Part shown: in pieces, positions 13,759-26,600 of the stretch
Layout of the letters: the number at the start of each line of letters is the position of its first letter
How positions within the stretch are numbered: position 1 is the first letter of the stretch
The notes under the pieces: model-generated
The model's database searches: none
What the model saw: only the letters and a program-made list of their open reading frames with translations
Told to the model about the DNA's origin: nothing
Position numbers and translations under genes: made by a program
NCBI RefSeq assembly: GCF_009914755.1
Contig: NC_060945.1
Direction: 5' to 3' (one strand)
Origin: the human T2T-CHM13v2.0 reference genome, Homo sapiens
DNA length: 64,000 nucleotides

Positions 13759-15455
13759 TTACTCTGAACTCTCTCCTTGTCTGTTTTTTAAAGCATCCTG
13801 AAAGGGAGTGTCTGTACAGCGTCACCTGTTAACAGCCACTAGGAAGCTGCCCTGAGAGTTGGACCTGGCCGAGCTCTCTGATACTTGAGCAGCCCTGCCC
13901 AGAGGAGCCTGTGCAGCACATGAGGGTTCTTCAGTATTGGTCGGTGTTTCGGGAGCCCTTACAATGAATGAACACAGCTGCAGCCCAGTGACCCCTCTTG
14001 GACAAGTGCGGAGATCAGTTTTAGCTCAGCTGCTTTCTGAATGTTTCAGATATTTCAAACTGGAAGTCACAAGTAGCTTTTACTTTTGCAAGCAGTCTGC
14101 TGTTATGAATAGCACGTATAAGAAAATTTATAATTCAGTTAGTTAAAAATATGTTTGAGCACCTGTTAAAGCACCAGAATTCTTTTATAAATTGAGGAAA
14201 GCCATGCCATCTAACACATATGCGGCATTAAGTGTTCTTTTAATAAATATTATGCTTAGTAGACATACTCTACATACCAATCAGAGGTTGCCATCCTAAA
14301 CCAAAACTACATATCCAGCACATTCTGATATTAGGCGGTGGCTTACACCAGGGAAGGCTTGGAGGTTGTTTTGGCTCCTACCCTTTAAAAGGCTTACCAG
14401 CTTTTAGATGGAGTCATAGATAAGACATGGATAGTAACAGAAAGGAAGCATGGCTTATCAGCTGTGTCAAGTCCGGACACATGTATCCCCATTCACATTG
14501 CTGAACTCAGGAAGATATCCAAGCACCATTGTGACATACTTGTCCACAGAGACCGCAGATAACCCCAGCACCCTCTCAGAGTGGTGCCTTGGTGTTTTTG
14601 TTCATAAAGCCTTGATGCTCAGGCCCATCCGTCATCCCGGGCAGGTGCGTAGCCTGTGTGGTGGATGCCAGGGTCAGGGGAGGGCTTTGCTTTTGCAGAG
14701 TCTCGAGGCTTAGGCTGAATGTGTTTTTAAAGGTCCGACTATACTGAAACAAACATTAAAAAATATTCAACATCACTTAATTTTTATTGCTTAAGAGCTT
14801 ATCTGGCTCTCCCATTGGCTCAGTAATTTGGTTGCTATTAATAACGTTGTTGAGGTTGTCATCGTCACCTTAACATTGTCATCATCACCTCCAGTAATAG
14901 CTAACATTTATTGAGTTCTTCCTCCATGCAGGAACTGTGCTGAGTTCTTTTTCTGCATTATTTTATTCAGCCTTTGCTGCAGCCATCTGCAGCAGGCACT
15001 GTTACTAACCTTCTCCTGCCAGAGGGAACGCTTGAGATGCTGCAGGGTGACAGTAGCCTCAGAGCCAGGGGGCTGCATTGCTGGATCTTCAAGCAGGCAA
15101 ACTGCCAACTCTGTGTTCATAATCCTGGTCATGGGCTCGCACTGACCTGTAGAGAGCTGGATATGGGGAATGGATTGGAGAGCTTTTATTTGAAACAACA
15201 GCAAAGTGGCATGATCTTTTGGGAATACACTTTTTCAAGTCATGTATCCACTCACAGACAGGCTTTGTGAGCCTCTTGCTTTGTTAAGGGCCCAGGGAAG
15301 ATTTAAGGCGACCAAACTTCCAGTGACAAACAATATTTGAAATTAGTCTATTCCTTTACCCCAGAAATGCAGAAATACATGGTTTTGGATGTTTGACCTC
15401 ATTGGTTGGTGGGCATGAGGAGGTGGTCTGCTTTGGTGCCAATGACCGTCTGTGA

Positions 15456-15584
15456 GTCACAGAGTGAGTGAATGCTGAGCCGCTGTGATGGGAAAGCTCT
15501 CTGCTGAGTTGGTTCAGTCTGGGTCACAGAGTGAGTGAATGCTGGGCCGCTGTGATGGGAAAGCTGTCTGCTGAATTGGTTCAG
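15456..15584. repeat. Tandem duplication, 67-bp unit, about 2 copies
   Basis: gtcacagagtgagtgaatgctg(a/g)gccgctgtgatgggaaagct starts at 15456 and 15523. Confidence 0.9.
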
Positions 15585-16712
15585 CAGTGCACCTGCTTCC
15601 TCACGGGGCATTAGCCGGTCAGGGCGATGTCTCTGGATCACTCAACTTGTCCCTGACAGAGCAAGGAATAAGAAACCCAGTTAGATTGTCTGTATCATCA
15701 GATGCCATTTACATCCCAGTCAAATTAGCAGCCAGATCACTGATTTCTTATAGGTATACATCTTTTGACTTCAGCATAATCTCTTCCCCTTTTTCTGCAT
15801 CCTTGGGTTTTAAAGGATGTTTACTATGTAAATGTTTAACATGTTTACTATTTAAACTTAATAGTTGAGGTAGCTTTTAAAATTTGTGTCCATTAAACCC
15901 AAGGACTCTTGCAGAAGTCGTATGGTTTTTCTTCTTTCATCTATAATGCATGTAAGGAATTATTCACTTGCTCTAAAGTTCAAATGTGTGAGTTTCTGGT
16001 GCTGTTACATAACACGTGGTATTGTGGGTCAAGGGGAGTTAGTGTCTCACCTAAAATCTGGGGCCATGATGTCACCACATTAAATAGTAGGGATGTTTGC
16101 TCATCTTTTAAGGGTATTTCTTCCCCCTGCAAAGCAAAATGCTGAAGAGATACATATTTGTTAATTAACTGATTTCACCCTCGTCATCCATCCTCTTTCC
16201 ATAAGGAACTGTATGTTGCATTCTTGCTGAGTGCAGACTAAGTCCTTTGTGCAAGGTTGGGTCATCCTGGGGTGAAAAGGTAAGTGCTTTCGGGGATGCT
16301 GATTAAGGTGGTATCTGCTGTGCCTCTCTCAGTGTCCCCAGGGCGAAATTCCTCAGGTTACAGTGGCAGGAACAGCTGCTTGAGCTCATTTTTGTCTTCT
16401 GAACAGGATCAGTCTTGGAATTGGCCTTTTCTCCATCTTCAGCCCCAGGGTGGGGCTGGCCTGGGTAGGGCCTGCGCCTGTGCTTGCTGCGCAGCAGCAC
16501 CCCTGCGTGCCTTCCCTTGCCTCGGCTGCTAAGTCTTTGGAGAAAACTCTACATTGCCAAGCTTCTTCTGAAAGATTTAATTTTTTATTTAGAAACAGTA
16601 TGCTTATTACAGACTGTGCAGACTTTGCAGAAATGCAAAACTAGGAAGAGACATATTAGTCCCTTTGCATAGAAGCAACTTTTGTTATTATTTTGTATGT
16701 TTCCTTTGTATC

Positions 16713-17088
16713 TGTATTAGTGTGTTCTCATACTGCTAATAAAGACATACCAAAGACTGGGTGATTTATGAAGGAAAAAGGTTTAACAGACTCACAGTTC
16801 AGCATGACTGAGAAGGCCTCAGGAAACTTACAATCATGGTGGAAGGGGAAGCAAACACATCATTCTTCACATGGCAACAGCAAGGAGAAGTGTCCAGCAA
16901 AATGGGGAAAAGCCCCTTACAAAGCCGTCAGATCCCGTGAGAACTCACTCACTATCACGAAAACAGCATGAGGGTAACTGCCCCCATGATACAATTACCT
17001 CCCACTGGGTCCCTCCCACAGCACGTGGGGATTATGGGAACTACAATTGAAGATGAGATTTGAGTGGGGACATGGCCAAACAATATCT
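16713..17088 (-). mobile_element. THE1 (MaLR) solo LTR
   Basis: tgtattagtgtgttctcatactgctaataaagacatacc...gatgagatttgagtggggacatggccaaacaatatc; 5-bp TSD gtatc/gtgtc. Confidence 0.93.
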
Positions 17089-18504
17089 GTGTCTTTTTTC
17101 ATGTATATGTTTTTTTTTTCTTTTCTCAGCATAATTGATATACTGTGGTTACTCTACCTATTTGTGTAGGCCTCTCAGGTCATTGAAACAAGATGTTGTA
17201 CAAATTAGCAGATGACACTGGCGCATGGAGGAATGGTTTGTATTTTAATTTTCACTGTATAACATTTTAGTAAAGCTTTTACTGGAAATGTTTTCTACCC
17301 ATATCCTCAGGAAACCATGTGAAGTAGACAGCCTTGCATTTCCTGGATTGCTCCCTCGAAGGATGAAGGGAGCAGTTCTATCAGATGCTCTTCCCAGCCT
17401 CCTTCTCCAGGGAGACCTAGCCGCTGCTGTTTTGAGTTTCCTGGGAGGACATCCCCCAAGGACTCTCTGGCTTGTCCTTGTGAAGTTGGTTTGCTTTTTG
17501 TGCCAGCTTTTTAGGCTTACAAAATGTTGTGTGTGTGTACATAGGAAAAATATGGAAGGGTACGTACCCACTAGTTTGTGTCAGCACTGGATTCTGGCAT
17601 ATATAATAGATGAGGAGTTTCTGTTATGTATATGGGATTTCTGAGATACACAGGGGTTTTCTGTGCACATCTCTCTATAACGCAGCTGTCCCGTCACATC
17701 CTGCATGTCAGTACAGGTAGTGCCGTTCTCTTCGTAGGACTGTGACACTTTATCTTTGTTCTTTCACAGTTAAAAAAAAAAAAGCTTCTTTAAAATTCTG
17801 ACTTTATATAACTAACGCAATGCTCATGCTACTTCACTTGTTACAAGAACATATTATTCTGTCCTATAGATGTACTGCAGTTATTTAATGGATCAGCTAT
17901 TGATAAGGGGGCCCTTTTAATGTAACTATTTTAAAAAATGGAAGTAATACCAGCACATGGTAAAAAACACATTGCAGCTCATGAATGGGTATAAATTAAG
18001 TTGGAGATTTCCTCTTTCTCCCTCCCCACCCCATGCCCCGTTTCCAGAGGTAAACAATGTACAGTTTGTGTTTTCTTCTCTTAAGTTCTTCTTGTAGTCA
18101 CCATTATAGCTTTAACTTTTCTGTTTGTGAGTTCATGTGGAAGTCAACAGTGCCTTCACACTCTGAGTTTTGATGAGATTTATATTGACAAGGCTTAAAA
18201 CATTTGTAGTGTTTCCCATCTATCATTAGGCTCCCTGTGCTTTTCCTGCAAGTGTAGTCTAAACATTTTAATATAAGAAAAGTAACATTTATAGTATTAT
18301 GATAGTATATTTTGCCATAGAACCAAGTGGTATGAAATGTAATTCTGCCTCACCAAACCTTTGCCAATAAAAGGAGAATATTCAGATGGAACTCCCAGTT
18401 TCTCTTTAGGTGTCCGCTGTTTCTAGCTGCCTCAGTTGCCATGGTTTCTCCTATCCCATGGTGTTGGTTTCTTGGATTCTATTTTTGTTTTGCTGGAGCA
18501 CCTC

Positions 18505-18627
18505 CTTAATCCACTTCCTTATAGAATGGATGGCTGACAGACTTCTTAATTCACTTCCTTATAGAATGGATGGCTGACAGACTTCTTAATTCACTTCCTT
18601 ATAGAATGGATGGCTGACAGACTTCTT
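18505..18627. repeat. Minisatellite, 40-bp unit x3
   Basis: cttaattcacttccttatagaatggatggctgacagactt at 18505, 18545 and 18585. Confidence 0.95.
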
Positions 18628-19299
18628 GGGTTTTTGCACGTAATGTTCAAACATGCAATTACTTTGTTCTCATACTTATTGATAATTTGGTAGGGTCTAG
18701 AATTCTAGGATCGTATAATTTTCCTTTTGAAATCAGAAAATATTCTCTATTATTTTCCAGAGTCTAGTGTTGTTAATGAGAAGTTGGATATCCGTTTGAT
18801 CCTTGTTCTACTGCAGGTAAACATCTTCTACTCTCTCCTTCTCTCCCTCCCTGGGCTTCATGTCCTGACGGTTTGATTTTTCGTTACCCTAAACCCGGAT
18901 CTGCTTCTCTTCCAGCCCGCGTGCCCATATTGGGATCACCCCTTAGAAAACCTCAGGCTTTCTTTGGAGAGCGATTCTCAGGTTTCAGCCCAGGAATAAA
19001 AGCGTTCCCTATGGCTCCTGCTTCTTGGGAAGACCCCTCACCTCTGTTGTCTTGCTCTGCAGTTTCCTCTGCTCTCTCGCATCAACCTGCTTTCGTCTGC
19101 CTTATGCCCTAAAAGCCCTGGCAGGCTTTCTTGTGTTCTGCTAAATCCCTCTGTAAATTTTTAGCACCGTGCACTATTATGGTTCATTCACCACCAAAAA
19201 GTACCTTTTCTGACATTTTAACAGAGCTCTGGGAAGAATGGAGAGAAGATATGGTGTACTTTATCACCATTTTTAATTAAAAGCCCTTTTAATTAATTA

Positions 19300-19578
19300 A
19301 TTTAGAGGCAGGGTCTCGCTCTGTCACCCAGGGTGAAGTGCAGTAGTGTGATCGTGGCTCACTGCAGCCTCCACCTTCTGGGCTCAAGCAATACTCCTGT
19401 TATCAGCCTCTTGAGTAGCTTGGACCACAGTCACGTGCCACACTGACTGATTAATTTTTAAATTTTTTGTAGAGGTGGGGTCTTGCCGTGTTGCCCAGAC
19501 TGGTCTCGAACTCCTAGGCTCAAGCCATCCTCCCACCTTGGCCTCCCAAAGTGCTGAGCACACCACTGTGCCTAGCCT
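19300..19578 (-). mobile_element. Alu (AluJ-like), antisense
   Basis: agaggcagggtctcgctctgtcaccc...ccaccttggcctcccaaagtgctg. Confidence 0.93.
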
Positions 19579-22500
19579 AAAAGCCTTTTTAGATCACTCT
19601 CAGTGGCAAAATTAGTGCCTTGGTCACCTTTACCAGTAGCTGTTCTTGCTCTGCAGTGGAAATATCACTCAACATTATCAAAGAATCGGGATGAAATTAA
19701 ATGAACCAGTTTAGGTACTTTTGATACAGAAGTTCTTATGAGACGTGTTGTTCTTTACTATGTAAGAGTGTGGCCATAAACTTAAAAATAGCTGGGTAAC
19801 TTTGTTACACTTGCCTTGATGGTGTGTTGCAAGTTAGTTAAATTTCATATACTCTTAATCAGCACATCACCAACAAATAAAATGTTACTGCTGCATCAGA
19901 ATTTAGAGGAGGTTCTATACATCTGTTTCGAAATAAAGACGGAGATGACTTAGGGTACTTATAAGTTGTTGAAAAATCATGGCTCCTGAAACTATGAATT
20001 GTCATCGTGGTATATACCCAGACAGCCCACATTAAACTGCTGTGAACATGAGAAAACGGACATCGAAATGATAAAAGCAAGAGTGTTGGTAATTGAAATC
20101 CATTATAAATAAAGCTGTCATTGGTAACGCACGAAATGCTGTTTCTGAGGATGAGGACTTTGTGGCCCCCACGTGGGCGCATTACCAAGCTTTGCAGCTC
20201 TGCACAGGAGCCTCCCTTCTTGATACTGAACTAGACCTCTATAAAGCCTAGTAACACCTCAGGTTTAGGTTATAAATCTTAAATTTTAGTGCCCCGTAAT
20301 AATTCACTTCGTAGGTTACCATGGACTAGCCCTTAGTTGCACTGAGAAAAGAAAGGCTATGAAATTTTGTTGGTGAAGTGCCAAAGAAAGGATTGGGTTT
20401 TGGGTCATCTCACAGCCCATGGTGAGGGCTGTCTTTGGCCTCTACCGCACGGACAAGTTTGCATGTCAGATGTTGGCACACTTGTGGGGTATTGGGTTCT
20501 TTTGAATATCTGATTAAATCCATTTACATTTTCGTTAGAAAAATTCATCTGTGCATATGAACGCATCATTTCATATATGATTTCACACTTCTCATTGTCT
20601 TCCTGAAGCCCATTCGTGAACTGTCGATTGAATGCCTGCTCTGGAGAGGAGTGTGAAGCTGCACTTCTTCCGTCTCCTCCTGGCACTCGCTCAGGATCCT
20701 CACAGGTGTGGAAAACACTCTAAGGAAGCCTGCGAAGGCCAGATGTCTCCCTTTTGCCTTCTTTGGTTCTGTTCATGATGGCCTTATCACGGACACACTA
20801 GGACCCTCTGAGGACACCACCCCTGCCACCGCATTGCTCTGGGGGCAACTTCCGAGCTTATTGTCTTCCTCCAGCAAGGGCAGGAATGTGGAGAAGCTGT
20901 GTGTGCTGGGCCTTTACTTTCATTATTGGCGACAATGTTTGTTTTCATTTTATCAGCTTTCTTTATCCTCCATTTTTTTATCTTCCACAGGTAGTGTATA
21001 TTTTGAGAACAGCGTGAGGTTTATTCTACTAATGGAAATTTACAAAAATACCAGTTTGAATGATTGAGAAATCTAAGTTAAAGAACCCTTGAATAGAAAT
21101 GTCGCTGTTCAGTGCGTTGATCGATTCTCACATCTGAAGCCAGCTGTGTATTCTTGGTATGTGTGTATTCAACTCAGGTGTGACCTACTGTCTTTTATAT
21201 GTCCCTGGATTTAAATATGCTAATTTTGTTATGATTTTTGTGTCTACATTTGTAAAAGCCGCTGATAGTTCATGTCTGGCACATTCTTGACAGATTTTAC
21301 TACCGAGATTATACTGGGCTCGTAAAACGAGTGGGGGATGTTCCCTGTTTTTTTGTTCGCTGGAACGGTATGTGTAAGCTTTGTGCTTTTCCTTTATTCA
21401 GCCAGTGCTTTCACATGCTGCTTCCTTTTATAGCCACTCTTTTTTGCTACATATTCTTTCTCTACAAGAGCACAGTTCTTCTGGAATGTGTCCCTTAGGA
21501 TTAACTATCTCAGGTGTGATTTGTGTGAAAACATCTTTATTCTTATTGTGGAAAGACTGTTGTTAGGTGGGGAGTTTACTTTCCCGTCTGCACATTGAAG
21601 ATCTCATCCTGCTCCACTACTGGTCTCTTCCCTGGGCCCTGGGCATCCGCTCTCAGCCTGACTGTCCCCCTGTGCTCCCGCATCATTTCTCTGTGCTGTG
21701 TCTGGGTTCATGCTTATTTGTATTTATTCTGCTGCGGGTTAGTTGGCCGAATCTGTTTCTGTGAGAGCTCCCATGCTTTTGGTACTTTCTGTCTCTCGTG
21801 TGTCTCTGCACTGCTTTCTGGGTTATTGCTTCGGTTCTACTGCCCAGTTTGGCCATTTTCTCTTTAACTGTGTCTAATATGCTGCTAAAACCTGTCCACT
21901 GAGCTTTTAGCGTTAGTCATTATAGCTATTATTTCTGGAGGGTCTCTCTGCTTCCCTGTCCTGCCAAGTCCAATTGGTCATTCTTAGTTTACCTGTTTAC
22001 TAACTGTTTGTATCTCCTTTAGCCGTTGTTTTCTGTACGTATATGGTGTGTTTGACTTTTCCAGCATGTTCAAGGCTGTTTTCCCAGCTGTATCCCCTCC
22101 TCTCGGGCCATCAACTTTTTGTTCCCCATTGTTGCTACTAATTCTTAGGACTAATAAAGCACTTCAAATGGCAGCTACTGTCAAAAATTAGGAAGAAGGC
22201 TTCTTTGCCGTAGCAGCCTCCAGTTGATTACTTTCTCTTGACCTGTACTTTACTTGCCACGAGCATATCATGCCTCTGTACTTGCTGCAGTAATTACTGT
22301 CTCGAAACAGTGAAATCTCATCAGTTGCCCATATGTGTTTAACTGCACACGCGTGCATAGTCTTGGCTTTATGCGAGGTAGAAAATGAGAGTACTTAGTT
22401 TTTGGCAGAGCAGAGCCTCAATTTCCACAGTCTAATTAAATTATAATGATAAATATCACTTTAAAAGGAAACAGTTGCTTCGTTTAATCAATATGATTAT

Positions 22501-23471
22501 TACTGGCACAGCAAATCCATCAAGTGCTGTGAATGATAAATGTGTTTTAATACAACTTGCAGTGTACTTGCTGTTGGTACAAGGCATGTTAAATCCTCAG
22601 TGGTCCCTCTTTTCATAGCATTGCTGTGGCACTGGCATTTCCCTTTGTTAGGAGATAGTGGGGTATAAACCCATTGTGGAAACCCCTTCAGCTTGACAAA
22701 TTTGGAGTCATGCTATTTTCAGAAGAGGATTTCCTGCGACTAGGAGCAGTCACCCAGAGAAAGCTCTGGAAAGGTGGTGGTGCTGGGGTTGAAGATGAGC
22801 TGCTGGCCCCTGGCATGTCAGTGGGCGGAGGTGGGAGACGTGCAGAGCTGCCTATCCCACAGTACTTCCCTTTCCCCATCCACCCTTTCAGGTGGCTCAC
22901 TCCCCACCAGTTTCGCAGGATGGCTCAAGGCAAATGGAGAAAACGGCACAGATTGAAACTCTTGGCCGTAGCTTGCGAGCTTGCCTCTTAGCACCTCCAA
23001 CCACGATCTCCTTGAATGTAGTCTCCTCAGTCTCTCTTTTTTGTGTGAGGAATATAAAGTTTCTAGTTGCCTTTTCGCATAATCTCATAGCTCTTCTGCA
23101 CCTGTGGTTCCTTAGCTCTTATCTGAGACCGTGGCAGGCAGACAGCTGGTTGCAGTGGTTGGTTAGTTGTTTCATATGGTTGATCATACAGCAGCTACTT
23201 GGTCCCATTGTTATTGATAGTATTGTATAAAATCAGTTGTCATTGCTGGCATTTTTTTTTGTTCTGTTGCCTGATTATTTGTTTTCTAATACATTTTTAT
23301 TGTGAGATACCTTTCTTGAACATGGACACATATATAAGAGAATAATTTTAATTGCATGTCCATGTAACTCTCACCCAGGTTAAATAGACACTGTGTACCT
23401 CACAGTTTCCTTCATGCTCCTCCCTGATGATAACTCCCCCTCATCCATATGACACATCTAATATATACTAC

Positions 23472-24097
23472 GTGTGTGTGTGTGTGTGTGTGTATAATTA
23501 ATTATAATTATTATTATTTTGAGACAATGTTTTGCTCTGTGGCCCAGGCCAGAATGCAGTGGTGTGATCACAGTTCTCTGCAGTCTCAACTTCCTAGGCA
23601 TAGGTGATCCTCCCACTGCAGCTTCCAGAGCAGTTGGGATTACAGACATGAGCCACCACTCCGGGCTAATTTTGTTTACTTTTTATAGAGATGGTGTCTC
23701 CCTGTGTTGCCCAGGCTGTTCTTGAACTCTTGGGCTCAAGCGATCCTTCCGCCTCTGTCTCCCAAAGTGCTGGGCTTACAGGTGTGAGCCATCGTGCTGG
23801 CCTTTTTGTTTGTTTTTGAGACAGTGTCTCACTCTGTCACTCAGGCTGGAGTGCAGTGGCAGGATTATGGCTCACTGCAGCCTTGAACTCCCAGGTTCAA
23901 ACAGTCCTCCCGCCTTAGCCTGCTGAGCAGCTGACACCACAGGTGCACACCAGCATGCCTCGCTGAGTTTTTAATTTTTTGTAGAGATGGGGTTTCCATG
24001 TGTTGCCTAGGCTGATCTTGAACTCCTGGCCTCACGTGATCCTCCTGCCTTGGTCTCCCAGAGTGCTGGGCTTATAAGTGTGAGCCACTGTGTTTGG
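23472..24097 (-). mobile_element. (TG)n followed by two tandem antisense Alus (about 23515-23802 and 23803-24097)
   Basis: Two consecutive tttgagaca...tgagcca Alu bodies. Confidence 0.92.
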
Positions 24098-24574
24098 TAA
24101 TATCCTATATTTTGAAATAATACTGTCCTTTTCTTTTTAATTTTACCATGTAAGAATGCATCCCCAATCAATGTAGTTCAGTTTTGCCTGTGATGGAACT
24201 TTATCCAAGGGGAGTCATCAGTATATTCTTTTGTGTTTCTCTTGATTTATTAATGAAGTGGATTACATAAATCGATTTTCATACATTAAATCATGTTTGC
24301 ATTCCCATCATAAATTCATCTTAATCATGTTTGATCGCTTTAAAAAATATTATTGGATTGAGTGTGATCACATTTTGTATACGATGTTTACACTGTATTT
24401 GTAAGATTGACTTACTGCTTCCTTTTCATCTTCACAGAAGTGTCTTGTTGAATGTTGGATTCACTTTCTAGAGAAGCCATCTAGTCATGGAGTGTTCTTT
24501 CCAGGATGATTTTTGTTTACTGACTATAATCCATCCCTCCCTCCCTGCATTCCTTCCTTCCTTCCCTTTTCTTC

Positions 24575-24875
24575 TCTTTTCTTTTTCTTGAGACAAGGTC
24601 TCACTCTGTCTCCCAGGCTCTAGAGTGTGATGGTGCAATTTCGGCTCACTGCAGCCTCTGCCTCCTGGGCTCAGACGATCCTCCTGCCTCAGCCTTCTGA
24701 GTAGCTGTGACTACAGGTGCACGCCACCACACCTGGCTAATTTTCTTTATTTTTTTTGTAGAGACAAGGTCTCACTATGTTGCCAGGACTGATCTTGAAT
24801 TCCTGGGCTCAAGCAGTCTGCCTGCCTCGGCCTCCCAAAGTGCTGGGATTCCATGCATGAGCTACTGCATCTGGC
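24575..24875 (-). mobile_element. Alu (AluJ-like), antisense
   Basis: ttgagacaaggtctcactctg...ctcccaaagtgctgggatt. Confidence 0.93.
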
Positions 24876-24951
24876 TTCTAATTCTTTAATGTTTGTAGTT
24901 TTGTCAGATTTTCTGTTTCCTCCTGAGTTAGTGTTAATAAGTTGTATTTCT

Positions 24952-24968
24952 TTTCTTTTTAAATGGTG

Positions 24969-25016
<48 letters not shown>

Positions 25017-25294
25017 CAGGGTCTCACTCTGGTTGCCTAGGCCGGAGTGCAGTGGTGCAATCTCAGCTCACTGCAGCCTCGACCATTCAGGCTCAGGTGA
25101 TTTCTCACACCTCAGCCTCCGAAGTAGCTGGGATGACAGGCGTGTGTTACTACGCCTGGCTAATTTTTGTATTTTTAGTACAGATGGTTTTGCTATGTTG
25201 CTCAGGCTTGTCTTGAACTCCTGGGCTCAAGTGATCCACCTGCCTCAGCCTCCCAGAGTGCTGGGATGACAGACGTGAGCTACCGCACCCAGCC
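24952..25294 (-). mobile_element. Alu, antisense, with tail region containing a (TG)~22 microsatellite
   Basis: 17-bp TSD taataagttgtatttct at 24935-24951 and 25295-25311 encloses the TG run plus the Alu body. Confidence 0.93.
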
Positions 25295-25414
25295 TAATAA
25301 GTTGTATTTCTCTTGGAGTTTCTTCATTTAACCTAAGCTTACAAGCTTTTTGGAATAAAGTTTATAAAGCCTCTTACTATATTTTTAGTGTTGTCAGAGT
25401 TTAAGTGATAATTC

Positions 25415-25845
25415 CATTTTGGTTTCTCTTGCCGCCTGATGACCCATTCCCAACTTAGTGACATAAACAACAATCACTTTATTAATGCTCAGCCAGGTAG
25501 CCTGAGTGTCTGGAGCTCTGCTTCTGGCTGTCAGCTGTGGCTTTCTTGGTTCTTCTCAGTGTCCTGTATGAGAAGGCTTCTTCAGTGAGGTGGCTGGCTC
25601 CCGCCTGGGGCTGACTAGACATCCTTCTCTGCATGTAGCCCCTGTGATCTCTTCAGAGCATCTGAGTTGGCTCCCCAGAGACAGTGTTCCCAGAAATAGG
25701 AGGTGGAATCTGGCTTCCTCTTCAGGTGCTGGTCTGGACCTGGCAGTACCACGCCTGCTGCGTTCAATGGGCCAGAGCAGTCACCCGCCTGCTGGGACTC
25801 ATTGGGGGAAGTAAGATCTTCCCACACAAGGACAGGAGAGTCACA
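25415..25845. mobile_element. Probable MLT1 (MaLR) LTR
   Basis: cccaacttagtgacataaacaacaatcacttttatt and gggccagagcagtcac motifs resemble MLT1; degenerate. Confidence 0.5.
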
Positions 25846-25879
25846 TTGTGGCCATCAGGCCTTCCTGCCCTCCAATTCA

Positions 25880-26600
25880 ATTCCAAGGCTGGTTAATTTG
25901 GGCTTTTTCTCTTGTGTTCCCTTTCTGTGTTTCCATGAGTCTTGCCAGAGATCACTGGTTCACTGCATTGTCTTTTCAAAGAACCAATGTTTATCTTTGT
26001 GTACCTGCCGTTATATGTAATTAATACAGGTTGAATTTCTTACTAGTTCCCTTTTTCTGTTTTCTTTGAGCTTACTTTGTTCTTCTCTCCCTGACTTGTT
26101 CAGGTAGGCACTCTTTAATTTTTTTACTCCTATTCTAGCTTGAGCACCGAGCTATAAAGGTCCCTCTGATGTACTGCTTTATCTGTGTGCCACACAATTC
26201 TGTACATAATCTTTTCTAGTTTTAAGTTCTAAGTGTTTTCTGTTTTCTCCTGTGATTATTTTCTTTTGTCTATGGATTATTTAGAAGTGTATTGCTGAAC
26301 TCTCAGACATATGGGACTTTCTGGTTATACTTGGCTTGTTAATTTCTAGGCTCATGGTATTACGATCAGAGGGTGAGCTCTGTCTGATTTCAGCCACATG
26401 AAATATGTTGAGATTTTCTTTACGGCTGGGATATGGTCTATTTTTAGAAGTGGCTCATGTGTCCTTGAGGAGCTGATGTGTGATGCACTGTTAGGAGCAG
26501 CGTCTTGCATGTGACCGCCATGCAGCTTGTTAATTGTGTTGTGCAGATCTTCCATCTCTCCACTGTTTTGTTTTTTCAGCCGCTGTCTGCTGTCTCTGTC
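25880..26600 (-). mobile_element. Degenerate L1M fragment, antisense
   Basis: T-rich strand with tcttttcaaagaacca, tggattatttagaagtgtattg and aatatgttgagat motifs. Confidence 0.6.

Noticed and set aside
20609-20705. Possible 97-nt cassette exon (pyrimidine tract-aag ... cag|gtgtgg)
   Set aside because: The splice signals are mediocre and such matches are common in long introns; there is no supporting evidence.
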